From: Gemmatimonadota bacterium
Lineage (GTDB): Bacteria > Latescibacterota > UBA2968 > UBA8231
NCBI GenBank assembly: GCA_038153405.1
Contig: JAYOYH010000019.1
Location: 1 to 50,975 of the forward strand
DNA length: 50,975 nt
Direction of reading: 5' to 3'
Within the stretch, counting starts at the first letter, position 1. Each line of letters opens with the position of its first letter. Made by a program: the position numbers and the translations under genes. Below the pieces are notes generated by a model. The model did no database searches. It saw nothing but the letters and a program-made list of their open reading frames with translations, and was not told where the DNA came from. Of the stretch, positions 27,069 through 36,560 are shown piece by piece.

Positions 27069-27103
27069 GTACCCACTGGCAACGCTGGGGTAATGCGCAG
27101 CGT

Positions 27104-27943
27104 TCAGGCTCGGCGAAAGAGCTGCCAACTGCGCCCCGGTCGCTCGACGCGAAACGTCTCTACGTTGCCGCGGTCCTGTAGCATGACGTAGCAGGTGCAT
27201 CCATCGGCGCCGCCAAAGGCAATATTGCTTGGATTCTGTCCGTGCAGTTCGATCTCTAGGAGGACTTCACCGGCTGGCGATAGCTTGGCGATGGTGCCTT
27301 TGCCGTGGCGCGTGATATAGAGGTTTCCGTCGATATCGCAGCGCATGCCGTCCATATTGAAATCGGGAAATTGGATTAGCAGTCGCTTGTTGGCAACGGA
27401 GCCGTCGGGCCGTATATCGTAGGCCCAGACGTTGCGTTGGACGCTTTCGTTTACGTAGAGGGTCTTTTCGTCTGGACTCACTTCGATGCCGTTGGTCGTG
27501 CCCATATTGGGGTCTATGTTGTGGGCCGTGCCGTCGCTATCAATCCGCCATATCTGACCCGTGCCCTCGGCCCAGTTGGGGTCGGAGGCATAGACGGTAT
27601 CGTCGGCGGCAATGGCGATGTCGTTGGGCTGGTTCATCTTCGGTTCGTGCACATAGACCGACACGCTGCGCGTTTGCATGTCGATGCGCAGCACGTTGTG
27701 CCCTGTATAGTCGGCTACGAGCATATCGCCCGAGCTGTGAAAGCGTATTCCATTGCCCGTGCTGCCTTCGGGCAATTCAATGAAGAGGCTGCAGGCTCCG
27801 TCTGGGGCGACTTTGCCGATCGTTCCCTGATGGTGAAAGTTGACGGCGTAGAGAGTGCCTGCGGCATCGCAGGCGGGGCCTTCTATGCCCGAGGTAAAGC
27901 CTTTTGGGGTGGTGAGCTGGCTGCTCTCATACAGTTTGGACAT
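27104..27943 (-). CDS. SMP-30/gluconolactonase/LRE family beta-propeller
   Basis: EGPA, NGI, PNDI, NGIEVSPD and DGMRCD.DGNLY motifs; GGAG before ATG 27943. Confidence 0.9.
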   Translation of the reverse strand: MSKLYESSQLTTPKGFTSGIEGPACDAAGTLYAVNFHHQGTIGKVAPDGACSLFIELPEGSTGNGIRFHSSGDMLVADYTGHNVLRIDMQTRSVSVYVHEPKMNQPNDIAIAADDTVYASDPNWAEGTGQIWRIDSDGTAHNIDPNMGTTNGIEVSPDEKTLYVNESVQRNVWAYDIRPDGSVANKRLLIQFPDFNMDGMRCDIDGNLYITRHGKGTIAKLSPAGEVLLEIELHGQNPSNIAFGGADGCTCYVMLQDRGNVETFRVERPGRSWQLFRRA

Positions 27944-27976
27944 GCCGTTCTCCATAAGTTTGGCGCCGTTTGTGCG

Positions 27977-28005
27977 TTGACCTGTGCGCTCGTTGGTAAT
28001 ATAAT
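27977..28005 (+). promoter_or_regulatory. Sigma70 promoter for sodN
   Basis: TTGACC-17 nt-TATAAT, 40 nt before the start codon. Confidence 0.75.
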
Positions 28006-28045
28006 CCATCCCGACAGCGCGCACCTCATTCAACGGAGAAACTCT

Positions 28046-28507
28046 ATGCTATTGCGATATAGTATTGCCATCGCTCTGGTCGGCACGTGCCTGGCCACAT
28101 CGCCGCTGCTGGCTCATTGCGAAGTACCCTGTGGTATTTACGGCGACGATGCGCGCTTTGCCGCTATTGCCGAAGATGTGCAGACGATAGAGAAAGCCAT
28201 GGGTATGATTGGCGACCTAGCGGGTAAGACGGACGCTCAGAGCGCAAATCAGTTGGCCCGCTGGGTGGTGACGAAAGAGGATCACGCCAATAAAATCCAG
28301 CAGACCGTAACGCAGTATTTTATGACGCAGCGGCTGAAAGCGCCCGCCCAAGAGGATGCGGGTGCCTTTGACGCTTATGTGGAAAAACTCGTCCTCCTAC
28401 ACAAGATGCTGCGCACGGCCATGCTCTGCAAGCAGTCGACCGATGTAGCGCATCCGCAGGCATTGCACGACTTGCTGCACGCGTTCAAGGCCGCCTACGC
28501 AAAGTAG
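28046..28507 (+). CDS. sodN: Nickel superoxide dismutase precursor with Sec-type leader
   Basis: Ni-hook HCEVPCGIY directly after LLA; RWV..KE.HA, YF..QR and CKQ motifs; GGAG RBS. Confidence 0.93.
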   Translation: MLLRYSIAIALVGTCLATSPLLAHCEVPCGIYGDDARFAAIAEDVQTIEKAMGMIGDLAGKTDAQSANQLARWVVTKEDHANKIQQTVTQYFMTQRLKAPAQEDAGAFDAYVEKLVLLHKMLRTAMLCKQSTDVAHPQALHDLLHAFKAAYAK

Positions 28508-28547
28508 CCCGTCTAATAGAATAGCTGGTATTCCAATCGTTTGGTCT

Positions 28548-28578
28548 TCCCGTCCCGCTCGCGCGGGGCGGGATTTTT
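28548..28578 (+). terminator. Intrinsic terminator after sodN
   Basis: TCCCGTCCCGC / GCGGGGCGGGA stem followed by TTTTT. Confidence 0.7.
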
Positions 28579-31500
28579 ATTGCAGTAGGATAAGCTTGCC
28601 GGTGGCGCTCTGCGCGCCTTGCCGCACGCGGTAGAAATAGACTCCTGAGGCGGCCGGCATGCCACGCTGGTCGCGCCCATCCCAGTGCATTGGGTCGGTT
28701 GGCGTGGAAAGGGTGCGCACCCGGCGTCCGCGCACGTCAAAAATACCCACGTATACAGGCATCGCCAATGGAGTCGATATGTCGAAGTGTGCAATGTCGC
28801 TAAAGGGATTGGGATAGGCCGAGACGGTCAATCGCTGCACGACGGGTTTGGATGCGCCCGGCTCGGCGATGAACCAGCGCCGCTGGACGACCTGACGACC
28901 ACGGCGAATTTCTACGGCCAGCGTATCGACTGATTGCGCACAGCAGCGGTAGCTAATCTGCTGTTTGCGCAGAGGAATGCGCTGGCCGTTTGCATACCAC
29001 GTGAAGTTGAGCGGGCGGTCGTCTAGCGCGTGGAACGAAAAAAAATCGTCGTGTGCGCCGTGCATAAACACCACGCTATCATCGGGAGCAAAGGCCAGTT
29101 GGGTGTGCAGTGGTGGATAGACGGTTACGCGCTGTCCGAGCGTTGTATGCTGGCTGAGGTGGGCCGTTAAGGTGCTGACACCCGGCGTCAGCGCGCGCAG
29201 GTCAGTGCCGCCGCTTTCGACGGAGATGACGCTGCTGTCGGATGAAGTCCACCATCCCTCGCCTATGATTCGCACCCGGTGTCCGGTAGACCAGTGGGCG
29301 ATGAGGGAAGGGGTACACACCTCGCCTTGGATCATGTGCAAGTACGTATCGGCTATACTGAGGCGGATAAGCAGCGGGCGCTCGCCGCCAGGTGAGAACG
29401 GCTGCGCTACGCCGGCGCTGGTGTGTACCTCCAGACCGCGCTCTTCCCATACGAGCGATTGGCGCGGCGGCGATGGGATATCGTAGGCTGCCTGTGCAAG
29501 CGTGTCGTTTGCGTCGGGGCTGAGCAGGAAAACAGCATCGCGCAGGTTGTCCAACCCATTGCCTATGCGCCCGCCAGCGCTGAAAAAGCCAACGCCCTGC
29601 GGCGCGCGATCGCCGAATACGGCGATGCGCTGTCCTGGCTCAATGCGCGCGTGGTCGGGGAAGATAAAACTGGTTTTGTGCGCATCGCCTAGCAGCATGC
29701 CACCCATCTCAATGGCTACGGAATCGGCATTCAATATTTCCACAAATTCGTCGGCGTAGGTCTCTCGCCGTCCATTGCCGTTGGCATCGCCTGCTCGCCC
29801 CGGCGGCGGGTCGGCCAGCACCTCGCTAATGCGCAAGTGCGGGCGCGGCAGCACGCGCAGTTCAAACGCCTGGCTCGCCAGGCCGCCGCGCCCATCGGCT
29901 ACTTCAAAGGAAATCGGATAGCGTCCGGGCAGAGTCGGGGCGCGACCGCTGAGCAAACCGCTGGCATAGTGGAGGCGAAAGCCGGTAGGGGCTCGGACGA
30001 GGGAAAATATGAGCGTGGCGCCCTCGGGATCGGTCGCCTGCGCAGGATACGCATAGGAGCCGTTCGCATAGACGGATATGGGCGGCGTAGAGGTGATGCG
30101 CGGCTGCTGGTTGGGTGGCGGCAACGGCGCGATCGTCTGCAGCAGAGCCTGCGCCACAAACCCCATGTCCGACCAGGCTTCGACGCGGGTCTGGCCGATG
30201 CGGCGGGCGTGCAGCATGCCGCGTCGGTCAACGGCGACGATGCTGGTGTCGAGCGATAGCCAATATACCGAAGTCGCTTCGATGGTATCTACTCCGCTGT
30301 GGTGCAGGCCGCGCAGATAGGCGGCCTCGCGCTGGCCTAAGCGCAGCATAGGAACCGCTAGTTCAAAGCGTTCGTAGAGGGGGCGCTGGCCGCCCGGGGA
30401 GTAGCGCGTGCGCGCAGGTAAACGCCCGTGTGGAATGGGCCGCTGTTTGTCAAAGTGCAGCGAATGGCCATCTATGCTAGAGGGAAAGGTGTAGTTGAGC
30501 ACGGTGTCGCCGTTGGCGTGGATGAGGAGTATGGTATCGCCGTCGTTGCCCAGCCCGTTGCCGATGCGCCCGTCGTCGGTGAAAACCCCCTTTTGCGTTT
30601 CGGGTGAACCGCCGCCGAATAGGACGATATAGCTGCCTGTCGCAGCTATGGTGCCGGTGGGGAAGGCAAAGCGCCGCCCGGCTGAAACGTCGTTGTCGGA
30701 TAGGTGCCAACCCGACAGGTCGAGGTCGGGTCCAGCGTTAAACAGCTCGATGAATTCATCGGCGTAGGCGTCAAATACGCCGTCGCTGTTGGCGTCGTCG
30801 AGCGGATTGGCTAGGACTTCGCTAAGGCGAATATCGGTTGGAGTGGGGTGCGCTGTGGGCGTGGAGTTAGTGCTCCCCCCTGCGGGCAGTGCGCTCTTGG
30901 TGTCGGGAGATATTGCGTCTGCGCGCGGCAGAGAGTAGGGCGTGCCATAAAGCGCTGTATGCGCCGTAAATGCATCGCCGCGGTTCGGGCGCATCGCGGA
31001 TTGCTGTGTGGGCCAATTGCTGCCGTCGACGCGGTCGATAGTGTCGCCGTTGGCGTGGATGAGGAGTATGGTGTCGCCGCCGTTGCTCAGCCCGTTGCCG
31101 ATGCGCCCATCGTCGACAAAGGCCGGCGCGCCGAGTCCGGTTGGCCGACCGCCGCCAAAGAGCAGCAGGTGTGCGCCGGGCGGCAGGATCGTTGCGCTGG
31201 GAAAGGCGAAGCGCGACTCGGGGGGGACGTCGTCGTCGGATAGATGCCATCCGGCTAGGTCGACGGTGTCGGTGCCCGCGTTGTGCAGTTCGATGAATTC
31301 GTCTTCGTAGGCGTGGCGCTGACCGTCGCCGTTGGCATCGTCCGGTGGGTCGGCTAGGATCTGGCGTATGAATGGGCCGATGGGTGCTGCGGCTGGACTC
31401 TTGTCTGCCGGCGCAGGTGACCTAGAAAGCGCATCGCCGCTTGGGTGAACACCCGGCGAAAAAGGCTTTGCAAAGAACGATCGGTGCGCGGCAAAAATAC

Positions 31501-31981
31501 GATTGGGTCCGCGTGCGACAGATTGATCTGCGGGCCAATTGCTGCCGTCGACGCGGTCGATAGTGTCGCCGTTGGCGTGGATGAGAAATATGGTGTCGCC
31601 GCCGTTGCTCAGTCCGTTGCCGATGCGCCCATCGTCGACAAAGGCCGGCGCGCTCAGTCCGGTTGGCCGACCGCCGCCAAAGAGCAGCAGGTGTGCGCCG
31701 GGCGGCAGGATCGTTGCGCTGGGAAAGGCGAAGCGCGACTCGGGGGGGACGTCGTCGTCGGATAGATGCCATCCGGCTAGGTCGACGGTGTCGGTGCCCG
31801 CGTTGTGCAGTTCGATGAATTCGTCTTCGTAGGCGTGGCGCTGGCCGTCGCCGTTGGCGTCGCCGAGCAGACCGGCGGGCGGGTCGGCGAGGATTTCGCT
31901 TATATAAACGTCGTCTGCGCGTATTGGCGTGTTGAGGGCGCAGAGCGCAGCGAGCGCGAATAGGTAGCGGTTGTCGTGCAT
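28577..31981 (-). CDS. Secreted protein with four lamin-tail domains, Ig-like (Big_2/He_PIG) domains and a FlgD-Ig/T9SS-type C-terminal domain
   Basis: Four ISE.LADP..DANGDG...DEF.EL.N units; C-terminal YPNPFS...IFDVRGRRVRTL..WDGRD..G...ASGVYFYR. Confidence 0.88.
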   Translation of the reverse strand: MHDNRYLFALAALCALNTPIRADDVYISEILADPPAGLLGDANGDGQRHAYEDEFIELHNAGTDTVDLAGWHLSDDDVPPESRFAFPSATILPPGAHLLLFGGGRPTGLSAPAFVDDGRIGNGLSNGGDTIFLIHANGDTIDRVDGSNWPADQSVARGPNRIFAAHRSFFAKPFSPGVHPSGDALSRSPAPADKSPAAAPIGPFIRQILADPPDDANGDGQRHAYEDEFIELHNAGTDTVDLAGWHLSDDDVPPESRFAFPSATILPPGAHLLLFGGGRPTGLGAPAFVDDGRIGNGLSNGGDTILLIHANGDTIDRVDGSNWPTQQSAMRPNRGDAFTAHTALYGTPYSLPRADAISPDTKSALPAGGSTNSTPTAHPTPTDIRLSEVLANPLDDANSDGVFDAYADEFIELFNAGPDLDLSGWHLSDNDVSAGRRFAFPTGTIAATGSYIVLFGGGSPETQKGVFTDDGRIGNGLGNDGDTILLIHANGDTVLNYTFPSSIDGHSLHFDKQRPIPHGRLPARTRYSPGGQRPLYERFELAVPMLRLGQREAAYLRGLHHSGVDTIEATSVYWLSLDTSIVAVDRRGMLHARRIGQTRVEAWSDMGFVAQALLQTIAPLPPPNQQPRITSTPPISVYANGSYAYPAQATDPEGATLIFSLVRAPTGFRLHYASGLLSGRAPTLPGRYPISFEVADGRGGLASQAFELRVLPRPHLRISEVLADPPPGRAGDANGNGRRETYADEFVEILNADSVAIEMGGMLLGDAHKTSFIFPDHARIEPGQRIAVFGDRAPQGVGFFSAGGRIGNGLDNLRDAVFLLSPDANDTLAQAAYDIPSPPRQSLVWEERGLEVHTSAGVAQPFSPGGERPLLIRLSIADTYLHMIQGEVCTPSLIAHWSTGHRVRIIGEGWWTSSDSSVISVESGGTDLRALTPGVSTLTAHLSQHTTLGQRVTVYPPLHTQLAFAPDDSVVFMHGAHDDFFSFHALDDRPLNFTWYANGQRIPLRKQQISYRCCAQSVDTLAVEIRRGRQVVQRRWFIAEPGASKPVVQRLTVSAYPNPFSDIAHFDISTPLAMPVYVGIFDVRGRRVRTLSTPTDPMHWDGRDQRGMPAASGVYFYRVRQGAQSATGKLILLQ
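31010..31862. repeat. Intragenic direct repeat of about 331 bp, two copies (31010-31340 and 31532-31862)
   Basis: By-eye alignment at offset 522 shows about 7 mismatches. Confidence 0.9.
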
Positions 31982-32196
31982 GGTGTGCGCTGTGGCAAAA
32001 GACATTCCACCGAATCGCGTTCTGAGCTTAACTGCACCCGCACAGTCACTTGTGGATTACCCATGCGCGGATGGGATGAGTGGGGGCGTTTCTCGAGCAC
32101 CGCAGCGCCGTCACGCCTACTACACGCCGATTGCACATTGAAGTGCGGCGAGTATATTCGCCCTACACCTTCTAAGCCTGCCCGCGAGACGCCCCC

Positions 32197-35100
32197 ATGC
32201 TTCCCATCGCCGCTTTGCTCATTGCCCTGTCCAGCGCATCTGCAGAGGCGCAGATCGCCTTTTCCGAGCGCGCGCTGCAGGCGGGAGTGGCCGACGTCGG
32301 CACGGCAAACGGTGCGGCATTCGGCGATTATAATGGCGATGGGTGGCCGGACCTCTTCGTCGCTCGCTTGGACGTCGGTGCCGGTTCCCTGCTCTATGCC
32401 AATGCCGGTAGTGGAACCTTTACCGATAGGAGCGCGCTGATCGAGGGAATTGGCCGCTCGATGGGGGGCGTATTTGTCGACTACGATGGCGACGGCGACC
32501 GCGATCTCTACGCCGTGCGCTTCAACGAGGCCAATGCGCTGCTGCGCAACGACGGCGGCGCGCTGGCCCCACTGCCAGACGATGAGTTGGCCACCGGCCA
32601 TATCGGCGCGACGTCGGCGGTCTTTGCCGATTTCGATGGCGACGGGTTGCTCGACCTCTACTCCACTCACCGCTACGTCAGCGCCAATCAGTACTTTCCC
32701 ACCTTTTCGATCGATGGATTTGTCGAGCGCAGCCACGAGCAAAGCGGGCTGCGCTCGGGACAAGAGACCTTTGCCGCCGTTGCCTTTGACTACGACGGCG
32801 ACGGCGACCAAGACCTGTATGTGGCGAATTTTGGCTTTGCCGATCTACTCCACCGCAACGACGGGCGCGGTGCGTTCACGCAGGTCGCCGAGGCGGCGGG
32901 ACTGAGTGGCCGCGATTTTAGCGTAGCGGGACTGCCGGCCGATTACGACGGCGATGGCGATTTCGACCTCTATGTGCTGCACGCTGCCGAACGAGAAAAT
33001 GTGCTGTGGGAGAACGTGGGCGACGGGCGTTTTGAGTATCACCGCAGCGCGGCCGAGGGGCGCAGTAGCAGCGCAGGCGGTGCGGCCGCGGACTTCGATT
33101 TAGATGGAGACGTCGATATTCTCGTTTCAAACCTGGGCAGGGTAGAGGTCTACGCCAATCGAGGCGACGGTCATTTTGACGACGTGTCGTCGACGGCGGT
33201 GCCGCTACCGCTGCGCTCTGACTCATTTACGGCTGGCGTTGCCGCCGCAGACTACGACCTAGACGGCGATGTCGACGCATTCCTCTGCGGTTTGCGCGGC
33301 GCCGATGCGCTGCTGCGCAACGAGCTTAGCGCGGGGCATTGGCTGGCCTTCGACTGGCCGCCGGGCAGCGAAGGAGCGCGGGTTCAGGTGCGGGAAGCAG
33401 GTGTTCTACAGGTGCGCCAGCAGCGCGTCGACACGCAGTTGGGCAACGCCGCAGTCGCGGCCCATTTTGGTTTGCACACAGACGCTGCCGTCGATGTAGA
33501 GATCGACTGGCCCAGCGGACATCGGCAGGTTCTTGTCGACGTTGCTGTAGATCAGGTAGTGCAGTTGGTCCAGCCCATAGCCCAACGCGATGTGGCCATC
33601 GTAGCCGTACATGCACCGACGGGCGCTCAGCGATGGGAAACGCTGCGGCCGCAAGTCGATGTGGCAAACCGCGGTGCGCAGAGCGTGCAGGGGCAAGTGT
33701 TGCGCGGGCAGATCGCAGTAGATGGGTCAGTATTATACGACGAGCGTGCGCGCGTGCCCGAACTGGCTAGTGGCCAGCGCGCGCGGATCGAATTGCCGCC
33801 TTTCGCTCCGCAGCGCAGCGGCCAATACAGCGTGGAATTCTTTCTTGAGGGCGATGACGACGTGCGCCAAAACAATCGCTGGCAACGTCACTTATATTGG
33901 CATCCCTTTGTGGAGGTTGCCGCTGCTGTGGGGATCACCGATCCGGAAGGGGCCGGCTGGGCGGCGGCTATGGCCGATGGCGACGGCGACGGCGACGTGG
34001 ATCTCTATATCTCTAATGGCGGTTCATTCGGCGCTGGAGAGAATGTTTTCTACCGCAACGACGGCGATGGCTTTACTGACGTTACGCGCGAAAATGGCAC
34101 GGCCGATTCGGGCAACGGAACGGGCGTGGTCTTTGCCGATTTTAACGGCGACGGCCACCAAGATATATTCATGGCCAAGGGCGGTTTTTTGCCTCCCGGC
34201 GAACCGGATCGCCTGCTCTACAACCGCGGCGACGGGACTTTTGTCGACGCGAGCGAAGCAGCGGGTCTAAGCGCCGTGCAGGCCAGCTATGCTGCCGCCG
34301 TGGGTGACTACGATGGAGATGGCATGCTCGACCTCTACGTGTCTGCGTTTCGCGGTCAGTCCAATGCGCTCTATCGCAACGCGGACGGCGTCTTCGTCGA
34401 CCAGAGCAGGCCCCGACGCGTCCTCAGCTACCAGCGCTTCACCGGGTCGGCGGCCGCCTTCGCCGATTTTGATATGGACGGCGATATGGATCTCTACGCT
34501 AGCATGTATGGAATCTACGACGCGTTTTACGCCGAGGTCGGCGACTCGTCGTATGCCATAGCGCAGGTGGGTGACGAAGGCGACGCCGTGGGATTGGCGA
34601 TGGGCGATTACGACGGCGACGGCGATCTCGACCTTTTCGTCGTCAACCAGAACTGGCGCAGCGGCCTGTGGCGCAACGACCTGTCGACGAGAACGTTTGT
34701 CGACGTAGCCAGTCAGAGTGGAGTTGAAAATCAGGGTCCGGGCACGGGATGTGCGTTTGGCGACTACGACAACGACGGCGATCTCGACCTCTTCGTCGTC
34801 AACGGGCACGACGCCGATCGCGTCTATATGAATCGCGGCGATGGCACTTTCGTCGACGTGGCGCTGGCTCTGGGCATGGCCGATACGGTGCGCGCGCGCG
34901 CCGTCTTGCTGAGCGATTACGACGGGGACGGTGATCTGGACCCCTATGTGGTCAACGAGCGGCATCCCAATCGCCTCTACCGCAACGACGGCAGTGGCGC
35001 TCACTGGCTGCAGGTGCGCGCGCGCGGCGTGCAGAGCAATCGCGACGCAGTGGGTGCGCGCCTGGCGCTGTATTCAGGTGGACGTGCGCTGCACCGACAG

Positions 35101-35580
35101 GTCAACGGCACGGCGGGTATGGCGCACAGCAGTCGCGTCGTCACCTTTGGTTTGGGCGCCGAGAGCCGCGTCGATTCGCTCGTGTTGCACTGGCCGAGCG
35201 GCCGCGTGCAGCGCCTGGTAAACCTGCCCATAGATCGGCGCATCGAAGTAGTCGAGGGGCAACGCGCGACGGCTGTGCGCGTTCAAGAGGAGAGGCTGCC
35301 GCAGACCCTGCACCTGCTGGCTAACTATCCCAACCCGTTCAACGCCGAGACGCGGATCGGTTTTGAAATAGCCGAACGCGGTTTTGCACAGTTGGCTGTG
35401 TTCAACGCTCTTGGCCAGCGCGTGCGGACACTGTTGGCCGACGAAGTATCGGCCGGGCGCTACGAGCTCAAATGGGATGGACGCGATGATGGAGGAATGG
35501 CTATGGCCAGCGGTGTTTACTATTGCCGACTGCATGCCCAGGGTGGCGCGCGGAGTCGCGCACTGCTCTTGCTGCGCTAG
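32197..35580 (+). CDS. Secreted FG-GAP/ASPIC-UnbV (CRTAC1-like) tandem protein with CARDB-like linker and FlgD-Ig/T9SS-type C-terminal domain
   Basis: Many D.DGDGD.DLY repeats; two (H/T)FGL...I.WPSG UnbV-like units; TAV...NYPNPFNAET...WDGRDD.G...ASGVY. Confidence 0.9.
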   Translation: MLPIAALLIALSSASAEAQIAFSERALQAGVADVGTANGAAFGDYNGDGWPDLFVARLDVGAGSLLYANAGSGTFTDRSALIEGIGRSMGGVFVDYDGDGDRDLYAVRFNEANALLRNDGGALAPLPDDELATGHIGATSAVFADFDGDGLLDLYSTHRYVSANQYFPTFSIDGFVERSHEQSGLRSGQETFAAVAFDYDGDGDQDLYVANFGFADLLHRNDGRGAFTQVAEAAGLSGRDFSVAGLPADYDGDGDFDLYVLHAAERENVLWENVGDGRFEYHRSAAEGRSSSAGGAAADFDLDGDVDILVSNLGRVEVYANRGDGHFDDVSSTAVPLPLRSDSFTAGVAAADYDLDGDVDAFLCGLRGADALLRNELSAGHWLAFDWPPGSEGARVQVREAGVLQVRQQRVDTQLGNAAVAAHFGLHTDAAVDVEIDWPSGHRQVLVDVAVDQVVQLVQPIAQRDVAIVAVHAPTGAQRWETLRPQVDVANRGAQSVQGQVLRGQIAVDGSVLYDERARVPELASGQRARIELPPFAPQRSGQYSVEFFLEGDDDVRQNNRWQRHLYWHPFVEVAAAVGITDPEGAGWAAAMADGDGDGDVDLYISNGGSFGAGENVFYRNDGDGFTDVTRENGTADSGNGTGVVFADFNGDGHQDIFMAKGGFLPPGEPDRLLYNRGDGTFVDASEAAGLSAVQASYAAAVGDYDGDGMLDLYVSAFRGQSNALYRNADGVFVDQSRPRRVLSYQRFTGSAAAFADFDMDGDMDLYASMYGIYDAFYAEVGDSSYAIAQVGDEGDAVGLAMGDYDGDGDLDLFVVNQNWRSGLWRNDLSTRTFVDVASQSGVENQGPGTGCAFGDYDNDGDLDLFVVNGHDADRVYMNRGDGTFVDVALALGMADTVRARAVLLSDYDGDGDLDPYVVNERHPNRLYRNDGSGAHWLQVRARGVQSNRDAVGARLALYSGGRALHRQVNGTAGMAHSSRVVTFGLGAESRVDSLVLHWPSGRVQRLVNLPIDRRIEVVEGQRATAVRVQEERLPQTLHLLANYPNPFNAETRIGFEIAERGFAQLAVFNALGQRVRTLLADEVSAGRYELKWDGRDDGGMAMASGVYYCRLHAQGGARSRALLLLR

Positions 35581-35599
35581 TGCGGTTGGCGTCCGCCGT

Positions 35600-36526
35600 T
35601 TAGAACGCGCCGATTAGCGACACGCGGTGCACGTCACCCAGATCAACATAGGAAGAGAAGGCGTAGTCGAGTCGATAGCGCTTGGCGGCAAGGCCTGCAC
35701 CAGCTGTCAGCCCCATGGCTTCTTCGCCGGCTGAGCCTACTTGCTGTAGGCTGTAACCCGGGCGCAGGAACAGCCCGCTAAAAGGCTGTATTTCGAGCCC
35801 CAGTGCCAAGTAGGGATCGCCGTCGTTGGGCACGTTGAAATCGGCCAGTAGCAGCATGGGCACCGGCATGTGCGCCGGCTGATGCGACAGGCCAAAGCGC
35901 ATGTGCACGGGCAGCGAGTCCTTGAAGTCGCCCGCATAGGCGCTGCGCACAAAGCCGAGGTTACTCAGCGACGCGCCGATGTGCATGCCCTGCAGGGGGC
36001 CGCGGGCGAGCAGACCAAAGTCAAAAGCGTAGGCATCGGAAGAAAACTCGTCGATGTTGGAGTAGATCGCCTTGACGTTGGCACCCAGCGTGAGCCAGTC
36101 CTTCCATACCGGTTGGGCGACAGATATGTAGGCGGCCATATCGGCAGCGGAAAACGAACCCAAGTCGCGCCCTTCCTCATTCGTGCGCTGCATATTTCCG
36201 TAGGTGACGTAGTTGGCGCTGACGGCCCACACGCGATGGGCGGACGGTGTCACTACGCTGATAAAGCCGGCCTGCGAGTCGACTAGGTAGCTATTGAGGG
36301 AGACGGCAGCCGTGCGCTGGTCAATGCCAAAGAGTCCGGCCGGATTCCACGCCGAGGCCTCGGCTTCGGCCGCCGCTGTCACATAGGCTCCACCGAGCGC
36401 GGCAGCGCGTGCGCCCACGCCGATCTTCAGAAAGTTGTACCCTGTAGTGCCGGCGTTGGAATTGATGGCCTCGGTCGGTGGAGTCGCACAGAGCAGCAGA
36501 GCAAAGAGCGCGGTCAGTAGACGCAT
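35600..36526 (-). CDS. PorV/PorQ-family outer-membrane beta-barrel
   Basis: FLKIGVGARAAALGGAY, WNPAGL and LDYAF...LGDVHRVSL..F; signal peptide from ATG 36526. Confidence 0.88.
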   Translation of the reverse strand: MRLLTALFALLLCATPPTEAINSNAGTTGYNFLKIGVGARAAALGGAYVTAAAEAEASAWNPAGLFGIDQRTAAVSLNSYLVDSQAGFISVVTPSAHRVWAVSANYVTYGNMQRTNEEGRDLGSFSAADMAAYISVAQPVWKDWLTLGANVKAIYSNIDEFSSDAYAFDFGLLARGPLQGMHIGASLSNLGFVRSAYAGDFKDSLPVHMRFGLSHQPAHMPVPMLLLADFNVPNDGDPYLALGLEIQPFSGLFLRPGYSLQQVGSAGEEAMGLTAGAGLAAKRYRLDYAFSSYVDLGDVHRVSLIGAF

Positions 36527-36560
36527 AAAAGTAGATCTCCCATTTCTCAGATAGACTCGG

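Noticed and set aside
27437..28045. 356-aa ORF suggesting a long N-terminal fusion to Ni-SOD
   Set aside because: The extension is antisense to the gluconolactonase gene, and a promoter and RBS point to ATG 28046.
32320..34945. Recurrent GAC/GGC-rich (GACGGCGACGGCGAC-like) nucleotide repeats as a possible array or CRISPR
   Set aside because: They encode FG-GAP D.DGDGD motifs, are degenerate, and have irregular spacing.
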